DNA of 63,644 nucleotides, the filler included, from Nemertoderma westbladi (lineage: Eukaryota > Animalia > Xenacoelomorpha), in assembly GCA_032718475.1 (NCBI GenBank). It is 3 parts of 3 records of this genome, joined end to end, with 100 filler letters (N's around TTAATTAATTAA, not from the genome) between each part and the next. Parts side by side here need not be neighbours in the genome. Positions count along the whole stretch, not along the records: positions 45,243 to 63,644 come from JAUCBJ010008091.1; 2 more parts are not named here. The stretch is one strand, 5' to 3'. A program made the translations under genes and the position numbers. The notes beneath the pieces were generated by a model. The model was not told the origin of the DNA. It ran no database searches and worked only from the letters and a program-made list of their open reading frames with translations. Positions 49,221 to 62,041 of this stretch are shown here, piece after piece (position 1 is the stretch's first letter; every line of letters starts with the position of its first letter).

Positions 49221-49484
49221 TTCAACACATTTGGGTTGTATGACGACGATATTAATGTAAAATCAGCAACAGCATTAAGCAGTACCGATACCGGTACGTG
49301 TCGTATAACAATTCTCCGATTATCGAAAATATCGTTGCAAATCGTATTACTATATTATTTATAAAATATATAAATAAAACTCAAGAATAAAATTTGATCA
49401 AAACTTCTAGAACTAAAGTAATTAGTGTATTAATATGCGCCTTGTTTAAAGTTCATAGAAAGGCGCGATATAAATATATTATTA

Positions 49485-49515
<31 letters not shown>

Positions 49516-50395
49516 ATTATTAATATTATTATTATTTTTATTATTATTATTAGTATTATATATATATATATATTATTATATTATTATAATTAATATAATA
49601 TTTATATAAATATATTACATATATTTAGGTGAAAATTTATATTAATTTTTGCATTGACAACTAAAGGTAACAAATAACACACATGTATTATTCACTACAT
49701 AAACACTTTGTTAGTCTGTTTGGCTTGCGCGTCAGCATAATATATATAATCCGTAGTCGCATAATCGGAAAGTCTCCACCGCCATCTCGTGTTAAAAACA
49801 TTCCTTGAAACTGAAAGTTTTGCAAGTTTAAGGACCGTCACTCACCCGAGCTACTCGGTTTTGTATTTCTCGGTTTACTATCACTACCGGTATGAAGTAT
49901 TGTATTAGAACGTGTCATATTACTTTAAAGCCAACACAAGAACAATCGAACAAATTGAATTCGTAGGTAGAGTTCGCAGAGTTCGTTAAATTTTTTTACT
50001 TTTAATTTTCTACTTTGAATATTTGGAGGCAGATAACTGAATCCAGCCTAACAAACATGCACCTGCGAAACTGTTGTCGACATCTCTGCTAGTATTTGGA
50101 TACAGTCAGTCATTTACTCAATCGCAACAGCCTACAATAGCTTGCATTGGCTACTCTGCGCCACTGGCAAGGAATATGCATCAAAATGTGAATATAGTTA
50201 ATAATAATCAGAAACTAACGAATAAATCTCATTCGTGCTAATAAGAAATATTATACAAAAATAATTATTTAAGTAGGCCTATATATAGTATATATGTCTC
50301 TTTAACATGATTGGGTGGCAGAATAATTGTCTTTAAATTTATAATATACAACAGTAGTATAATTGTCAGCTTATTTTAGTCTAGTATCATAGCAT

Positions 50396-50650
50396 CGCTT
50401 TGCAGGACATTGCTTTCGCCGTGAGGACCAGCCAGTGCATAATCTTGTACTTTGGCAGCATCATGGAGTGAATAAGCATGGTGGACCGCCCATGACTTTC
50501 TTGAGACGCATCTTAAAGGACACTGGCCTTGAAGATGCGGATGATCTAGCAAATGTCATGGGTGATAGGGAGTTGTGGCGGCGCAATTTTGTCGACAAGC
50601 CGGCACAGCATTCTTAAAAATGCAGCTGCAATGCAGCATGCCGATCCTAG
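50396..50650 (+). mobile_element. Short 5'-truncated RTE copy
   Basis: Matches 55662-55917. 14-bp TSD tagtatcatagcat at 50382-50395 and 50651-50664. Confidence 0.95.
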
Positions 50651-51118
50651 TAGTATCATAGCATTATTTGATTTAGTAAACTTCCAACTTTAACTTCAAC
50701 TTATATTTTGCAGTTCAGTGTCAGTACTTAGTAATTAGTAGGTTCAGTACTTAGAAATTTTTACATACAGTAGCTCTTTACAATTTTTTTTATACTTAAT
50801 GGTGGATAGTGTAATGGGACTACTCGGCTGTCCACATTCTGAACATTGCTTGCATGATACCGTGAACACCATATAGTTATTATTATTTTATTTACTCCCA
50901 GTATTTTACAATTATTATATTATGTATTATTCAATTTATAATTGCATGTCTTTGTGCGGTAAATATTGGTGAATAAGAATAAGAATAATTAAAACTTTGA
51001 TAAAATACAGTAAGTTGTACAGAATTTGTAAAGTAGTTGCGACATGAGTAACAAAATACATTATATTGTAATAAGTTGTTTAGAAATGGAAAACCTGAGA
51101 AAGCGCGACACCAGGGGT

Positions 51119-51180
51119 TGAACCAGCGCTATACTTACGTTTCGGCCTATCGGGCCTCTTCATTAGCGCTAATAGGTTCA
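51119..51180 (-). ncRNA. Type I hammerhead ribozyme motif of a second family, with a C3>A core change
   Basis: Minus strand: tgaacc tatt agcgcta-ATGAAGA-ggcc cgata ggcc-GAAAC gtaa GTA-tagcgct ggttca. Confidence 0.72.
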
Positions 51181-54100
51181 GCCAATCTCCATTTCTATTT
51201 ATATTATTTATATTATTATATTTATTTTATTTAAAAATTAAAAATAAAAAAAATTAGCCAATTCTTTTTAACGGGTTACCGAAGACTGAGCCACTACTGT
51301 GTCTCAACATCCCAGCAGCAGTGGTGGTTCGGTATTGCCTTGTTTTGTAAATGGCTTCATGCCATTGGATGTGCTAAAGCAATATTACATTTATAAACCA
51401 ATCAATTTATATCTAATTGGGAATATTTTGCTGAGCTCTAAGGAATACTATGACGATATCGATATCTGGAACTTCCCGACTTATTCACACCAGCTATTCT
51501 TTCCTCAGCATTTTAATGGTGGTATTCAGTCTGTTATACATCCGATTTGAGTAAATAGCGGATATTATTAGCGCTGTCTTTGTCACGTCCCGTGGAGAAA
51601 ATAAGCCTTTCCACACGATCGAGTTTTTTTTTGGAGATTATGAAATGAGGAAAGAAGTTGTCACTTGGTGAAAGCTGCTCCTGCTACTGTGACAGGAAGG
51701 ATTTGCAAAAAATAGTGAAGTACATAATTAGTTTATTGTTAATATTATATTCTATTCTATTTATCTATTGGAACAATACTATTCGCAATAATGTTCTTCA
51801 TTTGAACAAAGTTCGCCTAATAATCATTAGAAAAAAGTTCTTAGCATGTTGATTTTGGAACAGAGTATCTATCTCGCGGTACTTATGTTGAAAAACGATT
51901 GAGATCCTAGCACAGGTTTTGGTGTTCCCCAACCCCAAATACCCCCTATAAAAGTGTTAGACAGGGCTAGGAACCTATGATACAGTATAGATATCCAAAT
52001 AACTACTAGTTACCTATTTAGTAACACATTCCCGCTCCCAATAAGTACTAACCTTAACCTCATCCAACCACTGTTTTTTAACAAAAAGCCGCAAACCAAC
52101 TTCTCGTTTGTACTCACTATTTTACTCAAGTTGTGAGTTGTAGAACCGCTGTGTCTCATTGTTGACTCCCGGATCAATATTTTCGACAGGATATATTTAC
52201 ACACTACCTGCACATTGATAGGTGCAAGTCGTAGACCCCATTATTTTTTTCTTGGAATATAGTGAATAAAGATAACTGAAACCTTCAGGCAACCACATCG
52301 GTCCTCTTCCAAGGCCAATCATGCAATTGACCAGTGGATCAATACACCCAGTTTACAGGTTACTGCCGTATAAAAATCGGTGCCAGCACCAGTTGCGTTC
52401 TGAAAATGAAATAGCGAAATAGAGAACATTTCTTGGACCTACCTCGGAATTGTCAAATGCTGAGATACACCGGTAAATCTACTGATGTCACGCAAACAAC
52501 GTCAACAAACAAAGCTGTGAAAGGAGCTGTAATCATCGATAAAAAAGACTCAGAAAAATAGAACTGATAAACGTTGATCCACTTAAGATGCCCAAGATAT
52601 AACATCATACATGACATGCACTCAACTTGCTCAATGGGTAACAGAGACATGCGTCTACAAAAATTAATTCTAGCTGATCGCGAACTTTGTTGCGTTGCGG
52701 GCCCGCGGGCGAGGCACACATGGGGTGCAATCTATAAAGGTTTTTCTGTAATGCAGCTTGCATTAGGAATGCAATGCCATCTTATCGACAAAATTAAGCC
52801 GCCACAACTTCTTATCCCTCATGACTTTCGCGAGATTATCCGGTGGCAGTGCTAAAATTACAAATCCAATGACTCCTATTGGCTAATGAACTTTCTATTG
52901 GGTTAATAATATATCGTCATTTACAGGAGGGAAGCTTTACTGAAATAGGATTTGCTATTCTAAATACGAGACGAAATTATAATTAACACAGGAACAAATA
53001 ATATGACATACCCATGAATGCCTAAGCAAGGCAGAGCTATGAATGTTTGATCCCATTGACAATGAAATCTTAATTAAGCTTTATTTATTAACCTTAAAAA
53101 CCTTTTATTCCACAAAATGTCCTTTTTTTTTCACGGATTTATAAATTTATTTGAGGAATAAAGATTATACTTTATTGAATCAATGAATGGAAGTGCAACA
53201 TATGTTCTTAAAGATGGCGGACATTTCGGTACCTTGTGCTAATACTGCTATGTATCTGTCATCTGTATCGCTTGACAGTTCGTTGTCAGATGTCTACCTT
53301 TCTGTTTCGCTTGAACAGCTGGTTGAGGAAATCATTAGGTTCGCCATTCATGGATTCCACCATAAGTACTGCACGATCTCATCGTATCATTCTCCGGGTG
53401 ATGATTGTGTCTGCAAACTATGTGGCGATGTTCCAAATATCTACCACCTTCTTGCGGTACCATAAGTCGACTTCTGTTGAGTATTTTACAGTTCGTATTT
53501 TATTTTATTTTAATGAAGTGGTCCGAATTAATTATTGAATGTAATTGTGGCAAACTAATACCTTCTTGGTGTAATATACAAATATATATATATTACTCTC
53601 TCTGAATATATCTTCTACCTGTAGCTACAGAATGTACTGGTTGTGTGAGTGTCTCATCCACACTAATGTCTAGTACATCGAACCTATTAGATACAGCATA
53701 CAGGTATACCTGGGGATGTTCTAGCTACCATAGGCGTACTAACTACATTACATGTGCCGTCTACTACGGTCCAACTAATACTATTATTTGCTTCCACTTG
53801 TGAAATTTGAGAAACATTTTGAACAGTACCCAATACTTCACTTCACCTATACTGCTATACTGGTGGGCAGCGCCACCATTAGCACCATAAGTTTCACTAT
53901 GACGGGAACCATTGAGTCTGAGAGATACACTAGTCTAGACATTGTTTAGTAAGAGTAATGCGAATGTTAGCGTGTTAGAGTCAGAAGTTCAAATAATATA
54001 TCTAGGATAATAGAAAATACTTATTTTAGTGAATTAATTGGAATGGGAGCTGTACAATGTATCTCTGTATATAATAATGAACAGCGCATAATAGTAATGT

Positions 54101-54477
54101 GTCAATTACGATAGGAAAATATTTTAAAGAATGTCGCGTGCCTGTGATAAATACCACCCCAAACGAATAGATGATCGTCTTCTATTGTCAAACATAAAAT
54201 GGGTAAAAACTACAAAATACAAATCATAAATTTCCATAATAAGATCCCAAATCTAATGTTACCTTTACTGGGTTCGGGAACCAGTCGATTTGTCCTCAAT
54301 TCTTATGGATGGGGGGGGGGGGGGGGGTTCTCTCTTTATCTCTCTCTCCTCCAGTATGTATGAGGTGGAATGGTGGTTGGCTTTCCTCTATCTTGAAGAC
54401 CTGACGGGGAATTACATTGATGTTGAAATTGAAGCAGCCTTTACTTATGGAAATGTTATGCCACCAGTCAAGTAGCA

Positions 54478-55923
54478 AGTGTACCGAACAACAAGAGTCC
54501 CACAAGAAATGAAAACAAATAAGTTGGTGCCAGTTCCCAAGAAGGGCAACCTAACACTCTATGGTTCTTTTCGGGGAATCTCATTGATCTCGATTGCTGC
54601 AAAGCTATACAATAGGATTCTATTAAATCGCATCAGGGATCCCATTGAGAGACTGCTTCGTGGAAATCAGAATGGGTTCCGAAAAGGTCGTGGGACCATG
54701 GAGCCCATTTTGGCACTTAGAAGGATAATTTAAGAATTATCAAAAAAGAAAGACAGGCATCTGGCTGTTATCTTTGTTGACTTCTTCAAGGCCTTTGATT
54801 CAGTCTCTCGCTCACGTATGTTCAGCATACTTTCATTATATGGGATTCCTGATGAAATTATTGCAGCAATCAGATCAGTATACGATGGTTCGACAACATT
54901 TGTGTCTACTGTTGACGGTGACACAGAACCATTTGAAGTGTTATGGGGCGTCCTCCAAGGAGACACACTTGCACCATTCTTGTTCATTATTGTGGTTGAC
55001 TATGTTCTACGCATGTCCTTAGATCATCATAATGATGATGGGGTGATGATAACTCCACCTACTGGCTCCAGAAGTCGAGGAAATCCTGCCAAGTACCTAA
55101 CTGATCTAGACTTTGCTGATGACTTAGGAGTACCCTCAGAATCATTAGAAGGAGCCCAACGGCTCCTCAGCTCATTAGAACATGCTGCTTCTAGTGTTGG
55201 TCTTTTTATTAACTCCAGAAAAACCAAAATTCTGACAGTTAACTTTGAAAGTCCTCAGCAAGACTCTGATCGGATGAGCATAAGCTCAAAGGATGGTATG
55301 CTTGAGCATGTGGATGACTTCTGTTACCTGGGATCATGGATCCGGAAGTCAGGTGAGGACCTTCGAATACGTAAGGGAAAGGCATGGGCTGCCTTGAATA
55401 GGCTTTCCAGGATTTGGAAGTCACCGAGAATTAATCGGAATTTATCGGATTTAGAGCAGCAGTAGTTCCAGTACTCCTCTACGGTAGTCCATGCTGGGCT
55501 CTAACTGCTGAGGACACCAAATCTCTGGATGGCACATTCACTGAATGCTACGCCGGGTTCATTGTGTCAAGTACAATGCACACATCTCCAACCAGACACT
55601 ATATAACATTGGAGGTGTCTCATTGGTTCCCCCAAGCTTGACACTAGAACAAAATCGCCTCCGCTTTGCAGGACATTGCTTTCGCCGTGAGGACCAGCCA
55701 GTGCATAATCTTGTACTTTGGCAGCCTCATGGAGTAAATAAGCATGGTGGACAGCCCATGACTTTCTTGAGACGCATCTTAAAGGACACTGGCCTTAAAG
55801 ATGCGGATGATCTAGCAAATGTCATGGGTGATAGGGAGTTGTGGCGGTGCAATTTTGTTGACAAGCCGGCACAGCATTCTTAAAAATGCAGCTGCAATGC
55901 AGCATGCCGATCCTAGTAGTAGT
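54478..55923 (+). mobile_element. 5'-truncated RTE-clade LINE with stop, frameshift and (TAG)n tail
   Basis: PVPKKGNL, FRGISLIS, QNGFRKGRGT, GVLQGDTLAPFLF, LDFADDL, FCYLGSW, RLRFAGHCFR, ending gatcctagtagtagt. Confidence 0.94.
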
Positions 55924-58900
55924 AAGGTTGTCAGTGAGTAGTACCCAATTATGTACAAATAATGTCACTTGTCTATATTCGGTCATTGTTGAGAAATTCT
56001 CAAAAGTGGCTTCCGAAACTGAAAGGCGCCCATAAGGTGAATCTGCTTTTTATTGGTCTGCATCAAACCTAACTCACAAAAAGCTTCACCCACTTCCACT
56101 AAATTACACTTTACACAGAGTAATCTTCGCTAGTAATTTGAGTAATTCTTCGATAGATAAATGATTACAACTCAATTAAGAGAACCCCTAAGTGTCTGGC
56201 TGATTATGAGACTGTAACGTTTGGTAATAACTCCCGTTTATTGTGTTGGTTAGAATTAGATGCCACTGTAACCTGGACAAAGATTGAACGCAGGCGAAGA
56301 ATCGAAGATTGATTCCAACCAAATCTTGTCCAGAGTTTGTGAAACTCTTTGAGCTACTCAACATCCTGTCTAAATGCCACTTCAGCAAACCTAAAACCCA
56401 GAGTTTCTATGTTTACAATAAATGCATCAAAGTTAATTCTGAATAATACAGATCTACAAATATCTTCAAATTGAATCACTCATTGTCCCTTTTTTGGTTT
56501 GAGAGCTGGACGAATCCAGCAATGAACGAAATGTCTCGGTTGAATGTGCCACAACAGCTTTGTCTCTGTACCCAACACAGTCATTTTCGAGTTTTTCTGT
56601 GACACATTACTATTTTCACTGAAAAAATATTTATGCTTATTGCCTGCATACATATATTATTGCATACATATATTACATATATTACATGCATACTACTGTA
56701 CATAGAATTGTACATAATATTGATTAGATTATATATTAGATACAATTGGTATTATTATACATATAATTGGTATTATTATACAGAATTGAATGAATGATAA
56801 TGATTAACATGGAATTAATAATGTGGTTTATATAAGGAGGTGTTTAATCTATTGTGATATAACATCACAATGTAATTGAACCTCATGTCTGGCAAGAAAT
56901 AACGTTCCAGGTTCCGCTAAAGTAGGCGACGTACAGTAAGTTCTATCTATATAAATCTGAATGTAATATTTATAGTAATAATATGTGTGAAATTTATATG
57001 GTTGCAGATATAGATCCACACCCCTCCCTAGTCCCTATATATGGATATAAGTATCCAGATAAAATATAGCTATTAAATAATGGATTGAAATGAAAGGGTG
57101 TTATTATATCATTGATTAATCATTTGTTGTTCTCATGTGACTTCTTTGATCCTGTTATGAAAAATAAATCCTTGCAAAATATGATGCGTAATGCATTTAA
57201 TATGCAGTATATGCACGTGCCTGAAAAGCATCAACATGATGATATTGTATATGATAAATGAATGCCATCTAGGTATTAATTGACCACAGTAGATCTTCCA
57301 GAGCATATTATTATAGATGGGCAAAAATGTAAATCGGTTGTTGTAACTACAGAAAGCGAACCCTATTGTCCGTATTTTTGCATAATTCCTACGATCTCTA
57401 AATCCTAGACATCTATCTGTTTAATCCTTGGAACTGAAATTATAGAGTTATTGTAGAAGTTATATTCTATTATAGGACTACGAACGCCCGAACTGGTACA
57501 GACTTAGGTCAGAGGAGTGCACGTCGCACGTCGGGTTCACTTGGTCCTTCCGGTGTATTTATCGCCCGACCAAGAGTGGATGGAACTACTGTAAATCATT
57601 TTTACAAAATTCAACACTTTTTTAAAATTATCTTGTTATCTCAAGGTACAAGCAAACACATGGATTTCGGTACATGAAAGTTTGGGACTTCTAGGTTTTA
57701 CAATATTTTGGCTCCAAAGGGTGGAAAGGTGGGGGGGGGGGGGGGGGGGGGTGAGGCAAATGCCATCTAGGCGAATTATTATTTCGCCTCAACGCTAAGT
57801 CATCAATTAAAGAAAATGATCAGGTTACAGTGGCACGTCATTCTAACCAAGACGATAAACCGAAGTCTAATAGAACAGGTTAAAGTATTATTTTAGAGAG
57901 TAAACAGCTGTTATTTGAGTCGATTTTCCCCTGGAGAAGAATTAATTTTTATTGCGTCGAAAGTCTGTCCCCCTTTATCTGCAAAATGCACCCCCAATTT
58001 AGCCTCAATTTGCCCCCCCCCCCCTAATATTGGTTATCCAACGCTAAATTTAATCATTTTACGACGGAAAGGAGCACCACCCCGCAGATACAATTCCACA
58101 GATTCGTTCCAAACTAACTACAATGTATTATCACCGAATAACAAAACTTTTGGACGAATAGCGGGCGAATACCACTTGGTAAACGGATATATTATTTTTG
58201 AGATGTTAAAAGTAACACCCGGACATAATAAACAAAACACCAGGGAATCTTTATGGGAATTAACTACCACATAGATTACTTATAAAAATATTATTACAAT
58301 TTACTATTAATTGTTACAACAATTAATTATGGTTTATATTTTTACATTTTATAATACATTAATTAATTAATAGTGGATAGTTAGTTAGGTATTAATTAAT
58401 TAGTTTACATTAAATATTCTTAAACAAATAAATCAACGAAATCTAAGGGATATAATTTTCATTAAAAAGAATAGAAATTTAAAACTGAAAAGTTACGTCA
58501 GCAAAATTGAATGTCTTAAACAATCCTGAAAATTAGGTGAATCAAGAAAAGCAATGACCAATAAATGACGCGGTACGGTAGTTCGTTATCCAACCGAGTT
58601 GGTGATTGGATTGGCTTTAGGAAGCAGTTAGTAGCTCCTACAGTAATAGTACAACGGGATTATCCTAACTGTTGTTGTTGCAGTTAATAACAGCAGGCAT
58701 CTTCATTGGATTCGCTCCATCGGAGAAAGCAACTAACAGTGCCGAAATAAAGGCTACGAGGGTTAATTAGGTTAAAACGCAGAACTTTAATCAATTTATT
58801 TGTTGTGTAGTGGAACGTTGAGTAATTGGATACCGTAATGTGAAGTGGACTACACTGAATAAGGTTAGGCCTACATTATCTTATGAAGCAGAACATTTTC

Positions 58901-60667
58901 GCCTCGAAAGATTCTGCAACAGGGTTATGAAATTTATACTGCCGATTCTGGGTATTGGGTTCGAAGGTCCGAAAGTAGCCGTCAGGGTCGCTTTTTTTCG
59001 GACCTTCATTCTATTCGGAACTTCTTCACATTCGTACCTTAGTCCTGGGTGTGTGGGGCCTTCGACGACAGCTAATGGTTCCAAGAGGAAGGGCCTAATG
59101 GGCAGAGGTCCGAATGGGCGGAGGTTCGACACAGCATGAGGCTAAGATAATATTTACGCGGTGGGGGTTGTGAAGTGTGACATATAGAGCCAAGATCGGG
59201 AGCGGCTGTAAGATAACGACTTGTTACTTAGTATAATTATAAATTATTGGAACTAGGAGAATCCCCCCCCCCCCCCGCACAATTGCCCCCTGAGTACAAT
59301 TGCCCCCCGGACAAATCCTTTGAATGTTTTCATATGGTTTTATGGAATTCAAGTTATAATATTAACCATCACTTCTAAACTTTATATTTTTATGTGTTTT
59401 TGCAAAATATTAATTTTTCTAGACCAATTTCATTGACCTTATGCTAGAGTCTACCTGTCAACTGCCGAAAATTGAGTTTATGGCATTTTTTGTTAATGGT
59501 TGGTATCCACCTGATTTTTGTACTTCAAGGCATGGTGAATCCGGCTAGGCCGGATGCCTAGCTGGGTTTTTTAGATTTTAGAATACAAGTTCATGGTGAG
59601 TTTTAGAGAATCTCGTCTCTTTACCAGTGTATAATAATGAAAGTTATTCAAAATACATGTTGTCCTGAAACTGTTATAAACACTTTGGTAAAGAAGGCAA
59701 TTTACGATATTCCCTTCCAATCCGCCAAACCGGCCCTAGTAACCGCCTTAGCAACAGATTTATGAAAATTAATTTATTTATTGTTTGTATAATTGTTTGT
59801 ATCATCTTACCTTTTCCTGAGAAAATCAACAAAACAGTTTTACAAATTAAAAACCCATCACACAACTTAAATAACATCTTGGGAACACATCAAGGGCAAT
59901 ATAATATCAAATGGAGCCTTATGTCGCAGACACGCGAGCAGGCCCATTATTTAGACCAGATTACATTTTCACAAGTATAAAAATATAAAGTTTAAGTGGA
60001 GAATTCGTGTACCTTTACTCAACTATTTGCTCCCATATTTGTAATATTTTTAAATTATCACTACAGCCAAGTTCAAGTAGCATGGTGATACTTTCCGTTA
60101 TATTGTACACATTCGGGTGATATTTACAGTCAACGTTACCAGTGGCAGACCAAGTAAGACAAATAATTTACAGTATAACTTAACTATAATGCAGTTTTCT
60201 TTAGTATACCTTTCCAGAGTTTGGAGAGATGAAATGTGGAAGGAGGGAAATAAATTGTTTAAATAAATATGAATTCTGTCAAGTCACCCCCCCCCCCCCC
60301 CCCCCCCCCCCCCAACATTATGCACTGGCCTTTCCACACGGCGAATGCAATGTCCTGCAAAACGGGGGCGGCTCCGTTCAAGTGTCAAGCTAGGGGAGAC
60401 TAAATGAAACAGCTCCAATGTTGTTTGAGATGTTTTGGTTTGAGATGTGTTCATTGTACTTGACACAATGAACCCCACGTAGCATTCTTGTGAATGTGCC
60501 ATCCAGAGATTTTTTATTATTGATAGTAACAATGTGTTGGCAAGCTGTATTTTTCGAGGTGTTTGTTATTATACTGGCTTTGAAATTAATACTCCATATC
60601 TCAAGAACCTGTGGCCTAGTGGTTGTAGTCTCGGCTTCCACCTCGAGGTCCCAGGTTCGAATCCGAC

Positions 60668-60710
60668 ACCACGCTGATGAGACCCAGTAAGGTCTAAACG
60701 CGTACGTGGT
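60668..60710 (+). ncRNA. Hammerhead copy 1, G12 mutated (TAAA), likely inactive
   Basis: accacg-CTGATGA-gacc cagtaa ggtc-TAAA-cgcGTA-cgtggt. Confidence 0.8.
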
Positions 60711-61023
60711 TTGGAGAGATATGAGATATTAATTTCAAGAAAAAATTACGCGATTCCTAAATTTGTACACTACCCGGTTAAAAAGTACGCATGTGATGGG
60801 ATTAGTCCTACAATTGCGCCAATAAAAGATAAGTTATTTTCGGTAAAATAAACTTATCATTCGAGGCTAAGACCCCAAGATCCCTTCCTATAATAAATGT
60901 ATAATAACAAACACCTCGAAAAATACAGCTTGCCAACACATTGTTACTATCAATAATAAAAAATCAGGGGCTAATAAAATGGCAGCTGGCTTTGAAATTA
61001 ATACTCCATATCTCAAGAACCTG

Positions 61024-61076
61024 TGGCAGAGTGGTTGTAGTCTCGGCTTCCACCTCGAGGTCCCAGGTTCGAATCC
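61024..61076 (+). promoter_or_regulatory. tRNA-derived RNA polymerase III internal promoter (also at 60612-60664 and 61436-61488)
   Basis: A box TGGC(CT/AG)AGTGG, anticodon-like arm ctcgg CTTCCAC ctcgag, B box GGTTCGAATCC. No complete acceptor stem. Confidence 0.75.
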
Positions 61077-61079
61077 GAC

Positions 61080-61122
61080 ACCACGCTGATGAGACCCAGT
61101 AAGGTCGAAACGCGTACGTGGT
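61080..61122 (+). ncRNA. Minimal type I hammerhead ribozyme, copy 2 (intact core; predicted cut after 61116)
   Basis: accacg-CTGATGA-gacc cagtaa ggtc-GAAA-cgcGTA-cgtggt, with palindromic ACGCGT in stem III. Confidence 0.92.
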
Positions 61123-61491
61123 TTGGAGAGATATGAGATATTAATTTCAAGAAAAAATTACGCGATTCCTAAATTTGTACACTACCCGGTTAAAAAGTAC
61201 GCATGTGATGGGATTAGTCCTACAATTGCGCCAATAAAAGATAAGTTATTTTCGGTAAAATAAACTTATCATTCGAGGCTAAGACCCCAAGATCCCTTCC
61301 TATAATAAATGTATAATAACAAACACCTCGAAAAATACAGCTTGCCAACACATTGTTACTATCAATAATAAAAAATCAGGGGCTAATAAAATGGCAGCTG
61401 GCTTTGAAATTAATACTCCATATCTCAAGAACCTGTGGCCTAGTGGTTGTAGTCTCGGCTTCCACCTCGAGGTCCCAGGTTCGAATCCGAC

Positions 61492-61534
61492 ACCACGCTG
61501 ATGAGACCCAGTAAGGTCGAAACGCGTACGTGGT
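61492..61534 (+). ncRNA. Minimal type I hammerhead ribozyme, copy 3 (intact core; predicted cut after 61528)
   Basis: Identical to copy 2. Confidence 0.92.
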
Positions 61535-62041
61535 TTGGAGAGATATGAGATATTAATTTCAAGAAAAAATCACGCGATTCCTAAATTTGTACACTACCCG
61601 GTTAAAAAGTACGCATGTGATGGGATTAGTCCTACAATTGCGCCAATAAAAGATAAGTTATTTTCGGTAAAATAAACTTATCATTCGAGGCTAAGACCCC
61701 AAGATCCCTTCCTATAATAAATGTATCCAGAGATTTGGTGTCCTCAGCAGATAGAGCCCAGCATGGATTCCGATATAAACTGCTGATAAATAATCGACCC
61801 TTGAGGTTTCGTTTTATTCTATGAGACTTCCAAATACTGGACAGACTATTCAATGCTGCCAATGCCTTCACCTTACATATCCGAAGGTATTCACCTGACT
61901 TCCGGATCAATGATCCCAAGTAGCAGAAGTCATCTATCTACTCAAGCAAACCATGACTTCGCAATCTACTAGTTATTACAGAACAACCATTGTATTCACT
62001 ATTTAGGAACCGAGAGGTTCATTACTGTAAGAATTGCTCGA

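Larger units (their letters stand above)
60513..61724 (+). mobile_element. Tandem array (~2.8 x 412 bp) of a tRNA-like + hammerhead element (retrozyme/SINE-like) with an inverted 5' segment
   Basis: Period 412 (60609, 61021, 61433). 60508-60572 is the reverse complement of 60899-60964. The array is flanked by a TSD inside an RTE relic. Confidence 0.92.
60313..61952 (-). mobile_element. Diverged RTE fragment split by the hammerhead array (60313-60512 and 61725-61952)
   Basis: Both flanks match 18880-19300 and rejoin at atccagagattt, which is duplicated at 60501-60512 and 61725-61736. Confidence 0.88.

Noticed and set aside
51430-52560. Exon-like blocks with splice-like boundaries on the minus strand
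   Set aside because: The candidate frames I traced contain stops, and no family was recognised.
53187-53465. 92-aa ORF with H/C cluster (CVCKLC)
   Set aside because: Too short, no family recognised, no supporting context.
54346-54475. Possible exon after ctccag acceptor, just before the RTE
   Set aside because: Single short block with no partner exons or homology evident.
58963-59007. 12-bp hairpin gaaggtccgaaa/tttcggaccttc
   Set aside because: Contains GAAA but no CTGANGA core; probably part of an unclassified repeat.
60608-60672. tRNA-Gly(TCC) gene
   Set aside because: A/B boxes and an anticodon-like loop are present, but there is no proper acceptor stem and the 3' end runs into hammerhead stem I. 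Treated as a tRNA-derived head.
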